Below are positions 37,801 to 50,779 of a DNA stretch of 64,000 nt, piece by piece; the first letter of the stretch is position 1; each line of letters opens with the position of its first letter. A program made the position numbers and the translations under genes. The notes below the pieces were generated by a model. It was given only the letters and a program-made list of their open reading frames with translations, was not told the DNA's origin and ran no database searches. Source of the DNA: Euglena gracilis. Taxonomy: Eukaryota. The stretch covers positions 24,998,954 through 25,062,953 of the forward strand of contig CP154954.1 in the NCBI GenBank assembly GCA_039621445.1, given 5' to 3'.

Positions 37801-40419
37801 CAGTGGCCCGATGCACGGCCAAAGTCCAGGCCCAGGTTGGCTGCTCCCACAGCGATGAATCAGATTTTTCATGTTTTCGGGTCTCAGAATTTTGCTTGTG
37901 GTTTGGAGCCATTTTTTTCTACCCTCCTCGTGCAGCTGGGGGGGGGGCTGTGTTGAGCCCTGTTTTTTTGATGGTGTTGTGGATCATAATCAGATTTGGT
38001 TTTACGGTTGCAATTTTTTGACTCAGAATTGGATACCCCTGTGAGACGTTTGGGTGGGCACAGGAATGCATCATTTTTTGACCGTGACTGTTTTTGGTCA
38101 AACCCCAGATGTGACGGAGTTTAATGAAATTTCTGTTTTTCCCATTTTATTTGTCGAATGGGGATTCTGATTTTGCAGCCAGGAATTTTTAACCCATGGC
38201 CCTCCCCGCACTGGTTGATGGTGGGGGGGGGCGGCATTGTGAAGGCCCGTCCTTAGACAGGTGCTGGATTTGAGTTTGATTTCAGTCGGTTTGGATATTA
38301 CGGCCCAGGTTTGTGATTTTTTTTGTTTGGAGGCTGAAGCCAGATTGACCCCCATGGCCCCATGTGACTGGGGGGGGGGGCAGCGAAAAATCGCCTTGGC
38401 TGAGAAAATTGGATTTGAATTTTCAGCACTTTTGAGTTTGCCATGTCATTTAACCCCCATTGCCCCGTGTGACTGGGGGGGGGCAGTGAATTTAAATTGG
38501 CAAGCCGAATTGGTCAGTTTTACGGATGTAAATTGGTTGAGCCCAGAGCTGGGCTGGATGGCCTGGCCCCCATATAACCGGTATGCTGCTGGATGTTGCT
38601 TCTGTTGGGTTGGTTGCTCTCGGTTGGACTTTGTTTGTTGGATGTGGCAGGTTGGAATTCTTGATTGGATTTTGTTGAAGGCTTTTGAAGGCCCTGGACT
38701 CCTGGACTTGTGGGTTGGACTCAGATTTTTGAATTTTTGAGGATTTTTGTTGCTGGAGGATTTTTATTCAAAGATTGGTAAAAAACCTGGGATTTTGATA
38801 ATTTTTCTGGAGAATGAAATATGAGTTGGGATTTTAGAACTCAGAATTTTGATTCGGTTTGGATGATGGATATTGGTCAAAGGCATTTTTTCATGCAACA
38901 GCTTGGAGGCATCCGAACTCGGGGGGGAGGGGACCCTGGACCGGAGATGACCCCTCCTCCGTCCATAGGCCCTGGTGTGGGCCGACGATAAATAAATAAA
39001 AAAACCCAGCCACGTGGGCACCAAAGCCCTGTGATATAGTGGCTGAGGGCCAATGTGAAGCCCTGTTCTCTTTGCGTTCAAAAAAAAAATCGGCCCAGTC
39101 ACTTTCGGTTGAAATGCACGACAAGGAAGTGAGCGTGCATACACACAAAACACAAAACCGCACACGCACACAAACCCGCACACCCATCTGTACACTATTC
39201 CCCCATATAACCGTCTTACCCCCTCACCATTGCACCCATTCACCTTCAACCTTTTCCTCACCCTTCTGTCACGAATTGGAAAGGAATGCCTGGGTTTCTC
39301 TTTTATTTCCCCACACAAGTCGTTTTCTGAGGCACTGTTGGCCAAAGTCCCTGTTTTTTTTAAAATAAAAATGACTTCATTCGACTTCATTCAAAATCGA
39401 ATGAAGTCTCACACAATGAAAGCTGCCAAAAAAAAGAGAAAGGATTTTCACCAAGGGGGTAGCGTGGGACATAGGCCTTGGGGTGGAGTGCCCAGGGTTT
39501 GTTTCGTTTGGAGTCGTTTTTCAGATTTTGTGTTCAAAGACCTGTTCCCCATGCTTGTCGGAGGAAAGGGGTGGGGGGGCTTCCCCCGAAGACCTTATTT
39601 TTCGGAGTCCCCCAAGGTGCCCGATATTATGGCTGGGGGGGGGTCAGACTCGTAGCACTAATTTTCAAAAAAAAGCGACAGGACCCGTTTCAAAAAAAAA
39701 AGAACCACAGAATTTTTCCTCCCAAAAAAAACAACAATTTCACTCTCCCCGTTTTTGTTCGGAGGGGGGGTGAGGCAGAAAAACGGGTCCGACTAACGTC
39801 GCAAGGGAGGGGGTGTCGGCTGCCGCTGGCGTCGGCAGCCAAAAAATTCCCAAAAATGCCCAAAAAACCCCTGGTAAGAATCACCAAAGCAAGTCAACGA
39901 CCACGCGAGTTAAATTGGAAAAAACAGCTAATATCAAGAAGAATTTGAGAATTCGATTTGAGAATCAGAAGAGAAGAAAAGTCAATTGGAGACTTGAAGA
40001 GCAAAAAGGTCAATCCAAATATCAAAAGGAAGCCAAGGCATTCATTTCCACATTATTGTCCCACTCAACACCTGAACTCAAAGGTACTTGCCCACCCTTT
40101 CAGTCCCAGGTTTGTTGTGCTCTGCTGTTTGATCCTAAGTAGGTGGGTTGGTTTTGTCTTTGCTCACCTTTTGATCCAAACGTTGGAAAAGGCTAAACAG
40201 TGGAGGCTAAAAACGATCCTACGCGGGGAGACAGGGGGACCTGGGTCGGGGGGGGGCACACCTCACCCCCTTCACAGTCTGTTGATTTACTGGAAAACGG
40301 GGCCCACTTTCAGAAAAGCCCTGGCCTGAGCCCACCAGGGCCGGAAAAGGGAAGTGGCGGCCCCGGCGAAAGCGGCAGCCCCCCCGGGCGGCGAGGAGGG
40401 TCCTCCAATCCCCCCAGCA
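34804..40419 (+). mobile_element. Non-autonomous LTR retroelement (LARD-like), copy 2, lacking the MT cassette
   Basis: LTRs at 34804-35403 and 39814-40419. PBS-like TGGTACGCAGAGG. PPT AAGGGAGGGGG. Flanks GCGG/GTGG (4-bp TSD with one mismatch). Interior is collinear with 14790-19413 in reverse. Confidence 0.9.
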
Positions 40420-41063
40420 GTGGTTTGTGTTGGAAAATGTTGGGGGAAAGTTGGACGTACCTGTCCCCAATGGGCTCTTTCCAACTGGCTGCCGTAGCCT
40501 TGCCCCTGGGCCCACTGCCCTCTTGAATAATGGCTGCCACAGCCTGATTCTGGTCCCCAGGTCCATCTGGATGATGGCTGCCATAGCCATGATGACTTGA
40601 CTCCTTTTGATTTCTGATATTTGTTGAAAGGCTGCCATAGCCCTTGTTTTGCCCCCTGGAAGGTGGGGGACGTAGAAGAAGAGGGGGAGTCTGTTGGACC
40701 TGTGATGGTATTTCCCGTCTGTCTTCTTGTCCTCCTGACCACAGTTGTCCAGGGTCCATGGCCGTCGTTGAGCTGTGGGATTCGAACTTTTTCTGGGAGA
40801 TTGGAAAGAGGGGGGGTTGCGACGGCCACAGACTGGTGTTCTGCTGCTGCTCCGTCATCGTCTCCAGCGCCTGCTGCTCCTCTGCTCTTCTCCGTCTCAG
40901 ATTCTTTCTTTGAAATTGCTTGCAGTGTCGCTTGTTCCATGTTGGTTGCTCTGGCGCCTGCTGGAACTCCATCTTCTTCAGCTTCTGTAGCCTTTGCCGG
41001 GGTTCTTTCTTGCTCCGCTGGGCCGCTGGACACCAGGTATGTTGCATATTTCATGGAAATCAA
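40420..41063 (-). pseudogene. DIRS family 2 ORF1 (gag-like) N-terminal part
   Basis: Follows the left ITR and contains DGHGPWTTVVRRTRRQ, shared with family 1 ORF1. Confidence 0.65.
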
Positions 41064-42699
41064 AACTTTCTTCCTCCGCCTTTCTATATGGTCTTGAATT
41101 GTTCTTCCTCCGCTGTATTGATTGGTTGATGTGGTGAACGTTGTTGAACTCGTTGAGTGGAAAGTCTTTCTCCTTGAGGTCGAAGGGCAGAATTAAGAAT
41201 TAGCCAACTCCGGCAACAAAAAGCAGTAAGAAGCCCCCCCGCGCACGCACAAACACACCAGAACAGAACAGCCGGCAAGGAAAGCAGGATCTCACCATCT
41301 CGCAGTGCGGAGCCCGAATGGTCATAGCGCAACTGGGATGCCATTGTCGGTGAGGACAGTGAAACATTATTGTTGTGGTGTTTGTGGCTTTATCACCTGC
41401 AACAATCGTCATTTGTGGCGACACGTTGAAGGGTTTCATGTCCATGTTTAAAACAAAAATTTTTCCTGTTTCTTTTGAGCTCCATCCCCAGAATAATTTC
41501 TAAATAAAATTGATCTAATTTTTATTTCTGCGGTGTCTCCCAGCTCTCCCAAATCCAATTTTTCCGCTTTTTGAAACTCCAATTTTTTGTCACCAAATGC
41601 CCAATTTTGTTCTATTTCAGATAAACTCAATGGAAATTTGTTTGCGTCACAGTTTTAACCAATTAGAAAATAGCCAGGGTATTCTTCGGCACTGCCCCCC
41701 CAAAAAACAAAAAAAAACCTTTGTTCCCGTTCAAGCAAAACACGCTACTGGGCAAACTGGTTTCCCCTCTCGTGCATTGTCCGGGGCTCCCCATCCTGCT
41801 CGGGTGCCTCTCCAGGTCGATGATGATCCTGGATCAGAGATACGGCAACACACGTTTATCCATTGCGTACTCGTCATGCATTCATCCATCCATCCATTTT
41901 CCAAAGAATCCGATTCCTGATTCCCTCTTGTTCACCGATTCCTGGTTCAGCTCAGAAATCATGTTTAGGTCGTGGCTTATCCGTAGTTGTGTGATCCCAT
42001 ATTCACCTGTTTTATCGTGTGTTGATATCGTGTCCTCTGTCAAACATATCATTTTGATACATAAAAAATATCCTACCCCGTATGAATAACAAATGCATTT
42101 CCTGTTTTATACCACTGGTGTATTGTTGCTATATCATTATTTTTATTTTTTGGCCGAAAACCTATGCTTTTCGGCCAATGCTATCTATCCCACATGTCCT
42201 CCTGTGGATTCAGAGCAATATGCGTCACCGTTCAGAAGCGTCCTGCACTTGGGATGTAGGTTGGAAATTTCGGTGTTCACGGATCTCTGAAGGTAACCCA
42301 CTGCGGAACCAATTGCGGATGCATTATTTGGCGCCTCATTGTCACTTGATGCAAGTCTTCCGGGTGCAGAACAGGTTGCTTGCCAGGAGGAGGGGATGGC
42401 AATGGGAGATGGCTTCTCAGACACGCAGATTGAGTGTGCGGCCACTACAGTGACGCTTGGATTGACGCCACCACACCATGCTGCAACTGTCACCACTGAA
42501 AGTCCCCCGGACGCACACGATGCAGAAGATCCAACGATCAGGACTGTGTCGCTGGGTTGTTGTGGACGATGCCGGTGCCACCACTCCGTGGGTAATGCAT
42601 TCCTCTCATTCCCAATATCCTCCTGCTCGCATGTGCAAAATCATTTAAAACTTTTGAGTCGGGCTGTGCAATGAATTTACGCCTGTTTGGGAACATGTT

Positions 42700-43541
42700 T
42701 TTGAGAGTGCTGCATATCCTAAGCCCCAGGACGCTCGGTGCACGGGCTATGATGGCAGACCTTGTCGTTGGATCTTAAAAGGGTGGACTCGCCCTTACAC
42801 AGAGGTGGGCACGACCATGGTGCACGTTTTTCACTTTAAGAGGTACATGTGCGTACAACATTAACGTCCAGGCAGCCCGCAAGTCTACCGTGCACTGGAT
42901 CCCACATTTAACGAAGAGATAAGTGATCCGCGTGTGCAAGTGTCATTCCCAGTGGTGGAGATTGGTGCCAAGAATTACACGTACGAGGTGTTGTTATATG
43001 TTCGCAACCTCGTCCTCACACACAAATATGCGGTTCGCACATTCGGAATCTGTCGCACTCCTCTTAGGTAGCTGCCGCTGAAGCTGCGGCATTACACCAT
43101 CCGGGCACAATCACTCTGGAGAAGCCGCTTGCAAAATATATTCCTTGCGACCGCACACTGGACGCATTGGCGTTCTTCACCTGGCAGTCGCAATACAATG
43201 CCAGTACCCTTGCAAAGGACTCCCTATTCGCGGAAGAAGCAATCTGTCTGCATTTTGATGTGACCTACAAGGCGGGCAGTGGCATCTGGGTGCGGAATCC
43301 CGCAGGGGGAATGATCGAGCTGTCCTACATTGTTTCATCCATCCTGGGGTCCAATGGCGTTGCCTTGGCATCCACGTTGATTCCCACTGAAAAGTGGGAG
43401 CACATTGCTCCGCTGTTTCCGCAAGTGTTCCAACGGTTGCGTGGTATTGGCGAACCTCTGCAAATCTGGGTGGATCAGCAGGCCCACGTGCACGTGCTAC
43501 CGGTGTTTTTTACTAGTTTTCCCGGCGACGTCTCTCATTGA
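42700..43541 (+). pseudogene. Decayed DDE-transposase-like sequence (MULE/DUF6729-like pattern)
   Basis: LHFDVTYK...ILGSNGVAL...E....L....QRL....P..IWVD spacing recalls the first two acidic residues of MULE-like DDE domains. Several stops upstream. Confidence 0.35.
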
Positions 43542-44222
43542 CTCCTGTTTCCGGTGATTTTTTTGCTCTTTTACGGCCTTTCAAACGGTCGCTTTTTTAA
43601 CGCGGTCTTTTCTAAAGCATTCCCCGTTTGGCGGAATTCATTGCAAGGCAAACGGTCCTGACGGGGATTATCAGAAGTGGCACGTCAAGGTATCCAACCT
43701 GGTGCATGAGTATTTTCCAGACACCACATGCCAAGTGTGTCAAGATTACTGGCATTTCAAGCAGAATCTGACGAGTGGTTTGGACAAGACATCCGAGGTA
43801 TCGTGAATTCAATAAGGAGACGAGGCTGGTGCTGGTGCGCCTTCGCCTGCAAACCACCACGGACAGCGGACTCACTCCACCAACATCGGCCGAAGACTTG
43901 CGTGGCGCCTTGCAGACTCACCATCTCGCTGTCGTGTTGCCAGCGTCATGTTTTTGGGTGAGGTTCCCTCTTTGGGTGATGTTGGGATTTTTCTCCCTCT
44001 AATACGAATGCGCTCCTTCTCTGCCCTTGATAATAAGGAAGAAAACGCCCCTGAGTCGGGACCAGCTGTTGGGTTCCAAGGTAGACGCGAGGTGATGCTC
44101 ACGATTTGTTCCGGAAGTATTCCTGACCAACGGACCAATACAAGTTGGTGAGGGGGCCAGCCTTCCAGAAGCACTGTGATTTTTCCCTGGCTTCTGCGAA
44201 GGGTACCGCCTTGGGCCTTGAG

Positions 44223-46441
44223 TGTACGTCCAAAGCTTTCCCCCTTTTCCTTTTTTGGGACTTTCTGAAAAAGCCTTTCGCTTTCGCCTTGGTGCGCAAC
44301 CTACTTATGGTAGGGAAAAGTCTTTGGAGTAACAAAAAGTGGTTTTCCCCTTTTGTTCCCATTTCCCAAGAGGCAAAGCACCAGGCAAAGACTTCAGAAG
44401 TTTCCGCTGAAGTCACGTTCAGTTGTTTCGAGAGTTTTCCCTCAAACAAAACCAATGGTGAACTTTGAGACGATGACAGTAAAGAATACCACTTGTGCGG
44501 GAAGGAGAGAAAAGTGCTGGGGCAGATCCCAGAAGGGTCTGCCACGATCTTACCAACTGTGGTTTCCACAGTGGTGCGATCGTCACAGAACCCACTCTGA
44601 GATATCTTACATAGCTGGGACGTGCCTGGTACACATCCCCCTCCCAGGGCTACGCCAGTCAGGATATCTGACGCTTCCCTGGTGGGGTTCACTTCTACTC
44701 CATTTGGTGCCTCTCCTTTCCGCACAGTGGCATCCACCCAAATCCCAAAAAAACGCGCAAAAGGTTAGCCGCGTTTCGCGGTTACCTATTAGCCGTTTCG
44801 GCTTAGGTGGGGTGTGAAAAAGCCCAGTGTGGGAAACGGGGCTGGCAGGTTTCCTGTCAAAGTATCCCATCCACCCACTTTGGGTGTGCCAAAGGCACGA
44901 GAGGTTGGTCAAGCGTATTCGCTGAAAACCCCAGGGGAGAGGTGTGGAAGGGGGGGGGGCAGGCTCCTATCCTGGTCATACCCGGATAGGGATCCTAGGC
45001 GGTCATTTCAGCACTAGGAAACAAAAAAATTACTTACAAAACCGACTGCCGGCGACAGGTTTGCGGGGGTGGGGGGAAAGTAGGGAGGACAGGGGGGCTG
45101 GCCTAAGCCAAAACAGAATTTTTGCTGTTTGTCAGCCATAAGGGGCCGTAGGGCCGAAAAGTGACAAATTGGCATGTTATTACGGCGTGCGCGCTGTGTG
45201 CTGTGTGTCATTTAGCGGCTGGCCAGGTTTCCCGGCTGCCAAGGTCTTCACAGCAGCAGCTCCTTCACGACGTGATAAGAGGCGCTTACCTCCTGCAGAC
45301 GGTTTCCGTCCGCACGGCCAATGTTGGAGGGGGGGGGCTCATGGATGCTTCCATCCAGAGCTCGTGACAGACCTGGGTTCGTCCCAAGGCTCATTAGCGG
45401 TTTCCGCTACCAGTGTACGATCCTACAGGGGGGTCCAGGCTCCATGAAGGCGATTAGCTTACATGGGGTCTGGTAATGCCGTTTCGGCATTTTTTCCTTT
45501 CAAACCGCGAGTAATCATGGCGGGAGTCCAGGGGATCTTCCACCAGGACCATTTGGAATTGCTGTGGTGGTGGCCTGTCCACGAGCCAGGTTTCTGGCGA
45601 TTCGTAGTCGAAGTCAGGTGTTACCTAGTCCCGAACCCATCCTTCGGGGACTGTGTGCTTGGTTACACTCGCTCTTTCCATGAGGAACCGCTGCAGCTTC
45701 TCCCAGAATTTCCTGGGCAGAGTGTCTGGCCAGATGAAGTAGTTCATCCGTGGGTGGTTGGCTGACACCTGCGGGGCATTCCCCGGGAGGGGGTCAATGG
45801 GCATGTGATGCGCACATTCCGCGCCCACTGTATGGGGTCGTGATACGACCCCAGGCCAGTGTTTCCAGGGCAACCCGTGGTTTTCGGGTGGCCATTGTGG
45901 CAGGCACCAGCGACCGTTTTGTTCCTAGGTTTTGAACAGAGGGAAAAGCGTCTTTTCACTGTCCACTGTCTCCCAGGGGTAAAGTAATCATACCCCTGCT
46001 TCCTCAACCCCCCAGTTAGAAGCCCCCCGGGGCTACTATTCGGTCACTGTGGGGAAAACCCGAGGGGGGACTTCTAATTGGGTACCCTTTGTCTGAAGGG
46101 AAAACTTCGGCCGGCGTTCGATCCGGGGATCGAACGCCGGCCAAGTTTAAAAAACTGCAAGACGCATTTATTCTAGTTTTGGGTGGATAGGCCATGTTTC
46201 AAGGATACTAGATATCACTTTTGTTCCCAATGTCGACCTTTTTTCGTGGATAATTTTCGAGTTTTTCACCATTTTTCGGAAATGTTTTCGTCAAATTTCC
46301 CCCGGCTTCGCCGGGGGGGGGGGCTGTTATTTGGATTTTTGGCGGGGAACCTGAGGGGGGGGTACATTCGTACCATCTCGCTCCGTGTATGTGTAGTAAA
46401 AATTGTGCGTGTGGGTCAAACTGTCCACGCACTTGGCGCAT
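44223..46441 (-). mobile_element. 3' fragment of a second copy of the chromovirus (LTR 44223-44635, PPT, 3' UTR, end of ORF C)
   Basis: Reverse-complement homology to ~29550-31686, with an unrelated insert at ~46006-46360. Confidence 0.9.
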
Positions 46442-46443
46442 AG

Positions 46444-46762
46444 TGTACGGTCTTCCCTTTGACTCCTTTTGTCCCGGAAAAGCCTGTTTTGCTTTCTCCT
46501 GGTGCGCACCTACTTAGGTGAGTAAAATCCTTGGAGTAACAAAACCCTTTTTCCCAATTCTCCTACGCTAAGGCAGAGCACAAAGAAAGTTGTTGTGAAA
46601 GGATTTTCCTTCACAGTCGTGTTCAGTCCTTTCAGAGGTTCATCCTCTTACTTCAAAACAGTCAGAATGTGAGGAATAGAATACCATCTGTGAGGAAAAG
46701 AGATCACGGCCTAGGAGGATCACTCCGAGCCGAAGTCCTGTGAGGGTGAGAGTAATGCACAT
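46444..46762 (-). repeat. Diverged LTR-like relic related to the chromovirus LTR
   Basis: Starts TGTACG and shares AAAAGCCT..TGGTGCGCA.CCTACTTA..TTGGAGTAACAAAA with 44223-44340. The right boundary is uncertain. Confidence 0.55.
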
Positions 46763-46804
46763 ACCAAGTTCTCAAGGTGGGAGGGGGGGCTCCCGGATCT
46801 GGAC

Positions 46805-47100
46805 TTGGGGGGGGGGTTGTGTGCAGCCCCTAGGGTCTGCCCACGGTCGCCAAAGGTCGCCAAAGGTCGCTATGGGTATTTCCTACTCAGTCTTTTTTGC
46901 ATTGTAGCGGCGTAGGCAACTGTTCCAGGGCCCTAAAAAAAAAATCCCTTGTGTGTGCAACACCTTTTGTGTGTATGTTGCGCTAATTTGCCGTGGAGCG
47001 CATTTTTTGACATCGACCTGCCCACGACCTTTGGCGACCATGGCGACCTTTGGCGACCCTAGGGTCTGCCCACAACCCCCCCCCTCCCAGGCCAAATCTA
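46805..47100. repeat. Inverted-repeat (MITE-like) segment
   Basis: GGGGGGTTGTG..CAG.CCCTAGGG and GGTCGCCAAAGGTCGCC are mirrored by GGCGACCTTTGGCGACCCTAGGGTCTGCCCACAACCCCCC. Confidence 0.55.
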
Positions 47101-47672
47101 CCCCCCGGGAGGGGGGAGAGTCGAGGATGAAGGGTGAAGGGTGAAGTAGGAGAGCGGTGAAGGGCACAGTACGGAGGGGGGATAGCGAGTGTGAGAGGAA
47201 AGTGTATAGCGGCAGGGAAGGTTCAATGGAACGGCCATGGGGACTATTGGGTGTTGAGGTTGTGGCAGCGACAAGTTTAGGTTTTGGGGAGTTGGCTCAG
47301 GGAAGGCTCTGTTTTCAGTGCGGTAAGGGTTTGGACGTCTTTGTAGACTTGGTCCATTCGTTGCAAGGTGTGATTTGCTTGTTTTTTGGTTTGATTAGTC
47401 TTGTGGTTGGTTATGCGTACGGTTGGTGTGTCATGGAGTCTTCGGCCCTGTGGTCAAATTGCTCACTCCGTTTCATATGGGCAATGGGTGGTGGGATCCA
47501 CCGTTCCAGATGTCTCCGCCACTGTACCTCAAGCCAGCTGGCGGGCCACTTCTCTTGCCAATATGAGACACAGGTTGCTGATGGTTGGGTACCGTTGTTT
47601 ACTTTTTTGACAAGTTGGGGATTGTTTAAGGACAATTGTTTGTTCTGGGTCTAGGGGTCGTAGTGGTCTTCT

Positions 47673-50000
47673 TTACAGACAATACGGCTGGTGTATGGTG
47701 TTGGTTACTTCTGGATATGTGTCGTTGCCTGCATACCGTCCCAAGATTACTTGTCGCGCGATCTCTCGCGCAACAGTTATTGATAGAAGCTGCCATGTGT
47801 CGGCTTCAGTTTTGCGTTTTGACCATGCATTTTGTTGACCGAGGAGAAGTTTCATCAGTGTTGACATTAAGGTTAGCGCTTCTTGGCCTAGGCCGCCATA
47901 GCAGTCAACAACAAATGGAATGCAGGTCCATCCCATCCTCCCACAGGTGACGTCATATTTTGAATGTTTTTCCTTCTCTTGGCGTTCATACCATTCAGTT
48001 AGTTCAGCTGTGTCACGCAACGGTCTGTACGGTGCTGCTGTGTGTCTCACTGTGATATCCACTGCTCCAGGACCATTGGCGTCAAGTCTGCTGACGAGGA
48101 CATCGCCCGGGCGTGTTCTCTCTGGACCTCCTTGTTCTTTTTTTGCAAGTCCTGGATTGCACCATGTCGCCGCGTGATGCCATTTGAGCTGCAGCATACA
48201 AGGTGATTACCCAGGTTGTCCATTGGCTTTGTGCAGCGTGGGCACGTTGATCCCGTTGGTGGACAAACTGGTGCTCCCAGTGACCACTTTAGAAATCCTT
48301 TGAATTCGGCAGAAGCGACCAATGTTTTCAGTCCAGAGGATGGTGTGACAGAAGCCCAGGCCATTGCGTGGGGCCGCTGTTGGCTTGCGAACCGGACGGC
48401 GTCTTGACCGTGAAGGTTGGAGGATAATACCTTTTGTCGTTGTTTCGCAAAGCATTCACCCCACCACTTCTGTTGAATGTGAGGGCTTTGGGCTTCGTTC
48501 AGGAGTGATACATCCGCAGCCCATGTTTGCGTTGGGGGAGTTCCTTCGAGGACGGAGTTGGCAGAGGACAGGCACTCCGCAGTGTCTTTCGGTACTCCTC
48601 GGTCTGCAAGGCTCAGGGTGCGTCTGCCATTGCTGACAAACGTCACAATGCCGGATATACGTGCTGGGAGACGTTCCCGTGATGGGTCCCGAATTCCGAG
48701 TCCGCCATGACGCACGGGTAGGGTGGCCTGAGCCCATTGGTTGTCGTCGATTGGGGATCCAACAATGTTGCTCATTGTGTTCCTGATTTCTTTGGTCAAC
48801 AGAGCACATGCGTCATTTGCCTGCCCCAGTTCTGTTGCACGCATGAGGTCATTAACTTTGCATGCATCTAGGCAGGTTCGTAAGAGGCAGAACTGAATAT
48901 GGGCTTGCGGCAGGTTCAAATGGGCCCGGCAAGCTTTCTGCACACCTGTTACACGTTCAGCCCACACTTCCCCCGCAAAGCCTCCGCTTTGTGGATGGCA
49001 TACCGGGATTCCCAGGGCCCGTATACCAGAATTAGGGGAGTAGTTCACGATTGGGACTGCACGAAGTGGGCTGTTTTGCGGCATGTGTTGAGGTGTATGC
49101 CTAGTAGCGTCCCCTGTCGTTGAATTTCTGTAATTGCTGCATGTAATTGTGGGAGGGTTCCCAGGTTGTGTCCATCATCCAAATACCACAATTGTAGTGG
49201 CACCACGTCTTGCAAGGACTCGACGAGAGATTGCAACGCCAAGGCGAATCCGGCTGGGCCACAAGGGTCCCCTTGTTGTACGCCAGAGGCACTCCGAAGG
49301 TGTGATGACCCACAAAAGAGCGGGCTGTGTTCGGCGTAGCAACTCTCGAACCAAACGTACGCCTCCGGGCAGCGTTTAGCCACTTCAGCAACGACTGTCT
49401 TTCTTTTTACGCAATTAAAAGCATTGCTGAAATCTACCTTTAACAAAGCCCAGGTACTGTCCTGTTGCATGTGCAGGTGATTTACTTCTTGCTGCAGTCC
49501 CATAGCAATGAGTTCACATGCCCCCTGGACCCCTACACCGCATTGTAGTGGCTGCATTTCTTTAAGGCTGTCCCTGATTTTGGGGTGCCTCATCAAATAT
49601 TTGCCCACCAATTGCGCAGGCATTCCCCAGCTGCAATTGGTCGCGTGCCATCCTTCTTTGGGTCAGGAATGGGGTTGGTATTGCCAAGCTCATCAAGGTT
49701 TTCGCTTGGATTGCAGGGTTTTCGAAGAGGAGTCAAACGGGCACCAGCGAAAATCCATGCCGCAGAGTTGTGAATTCCGTTTGTCAAACATGTTCGGACG
49801 AATTGGTCCAAAATTGTGAGGAGCTGTTCTGATTGTGTCCCCAGGGGATCAGAGAGCATGTCTTTTAGATGATCTGGACGAAGTCCAGACGGTCCTGGTG
49901 AGGACTCCTTCGGGAAAGACATGACTGCTTTCCGTATTTCAATTAGGCGCTCCCTGGTTGCATCTTCAAAGAGATCACGCGAACACGTGTGATATGTCTC
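47673..50000 (-). pseudogene. CRE-clade non-LTR retrotransposon ORF (RT + CCHC finger + restriction-like endonuclease), 5'-truncated and frameshifted
   Basis: SSPGPSGLRPDHLK, RPIAAGE, VDFSNAFN, GVQQGDP, WYLDDG, LPVRHGGLG, CPRC..H...C, RHGAI, RPGDV..VDIT and PFVVDCYGGLG motifs. Confidence 0.9.
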
Positions 50001-50039
50001 GCTAATTCCCATAGGATCTGCCACGATCGTCATGCTGTG

Positions 50040-50467
50040 TTCATCACAGCCGTCAGATTGTGACGGATCCAGACTCTGCAGGTTTCCTACAGAGCTGGGA
50101 TCGTGCCTGGTACACAACCCCCTCCCAGGGCTATGCCAGATTTCCTTCTTGGACCAGGTCATCCCAGGTCCCGTCCGGATATCGGACACAGTCCTGTTCG
50201 GGTTTCTGCTTTCCAGAACACGGATCTCTTTTCTCCACAGGGGCGCAACCCAAGAACCCGAAAACGCGCAAAAGTTTACCGCTTATCGCGGTTACCTATT
50301 AGCCGTTTCGGCTTAGGTGGAGTGTGAAAAAGCCCAGTGTGGGAAACGGGGCTGGCAGGTTTCCTGTCAAAGTATCCCATCCACCCACTTTGGGTGTGCC
50401 AAAGGCACGAGAGGTTGGTCAAGCGTATTCGCTGAAAACCCCAGGGGAGAGGTGTGGAAGGGGGGGC
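50040..50467 (-). mobile_element. Third fragment of the chromovirus family (partial LTR, PPT, 3' UTR)
   Basis: GTGCCTGGTACACA-ACCCCCTCCC LTR/PPT junction. 50287-50467 is almost identical to 44777-44957. Confidence 0.85.
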
Positions 50468-50779
50468 GAGGGGGGTACTGGGTAGTCGACCGACTAGTCT
50501 GTCGACTACCCAGTTGCCCTACCGACTAGTCGACCGACTAGTCGGTCGACTAGTTGGTACAAGGGGGGGGGGTACTGGCTATGGGAGCAACTGGCTAGTC
50601 CTAGTCGGTCGAGTAGTCGGTCGACTAGTCGACCGACTAGCCACTCTAATGTACCAAAAGGGGGGGGGGGTCACCGACCTTTTAAGCCCCCCCCCAACAT
50701 TGATTTGACTTGCTTTGAACTAGAATCTCAAAGAAAGCACGTCTAAAGCCTTCAAAGTTGTCAAAAAACATCCCTTTTG

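Larger units (their letters stand above)
6999..41323 (-). mobile_element. DIRS1-type retrotransposon family 2 (~4.5 kb core) split by nested LTR insertions
   Basis: Right ITR/extension 6999-7154, ICR 7306-7405, left ITR 41200-41323. YR is split between 31690 (..AGLQVEE) and 7520 (QQLGQW..AHY). Removing 7526-31686 and 34804-40419 leaves about 4.5 kb. Confidence 0.9.
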
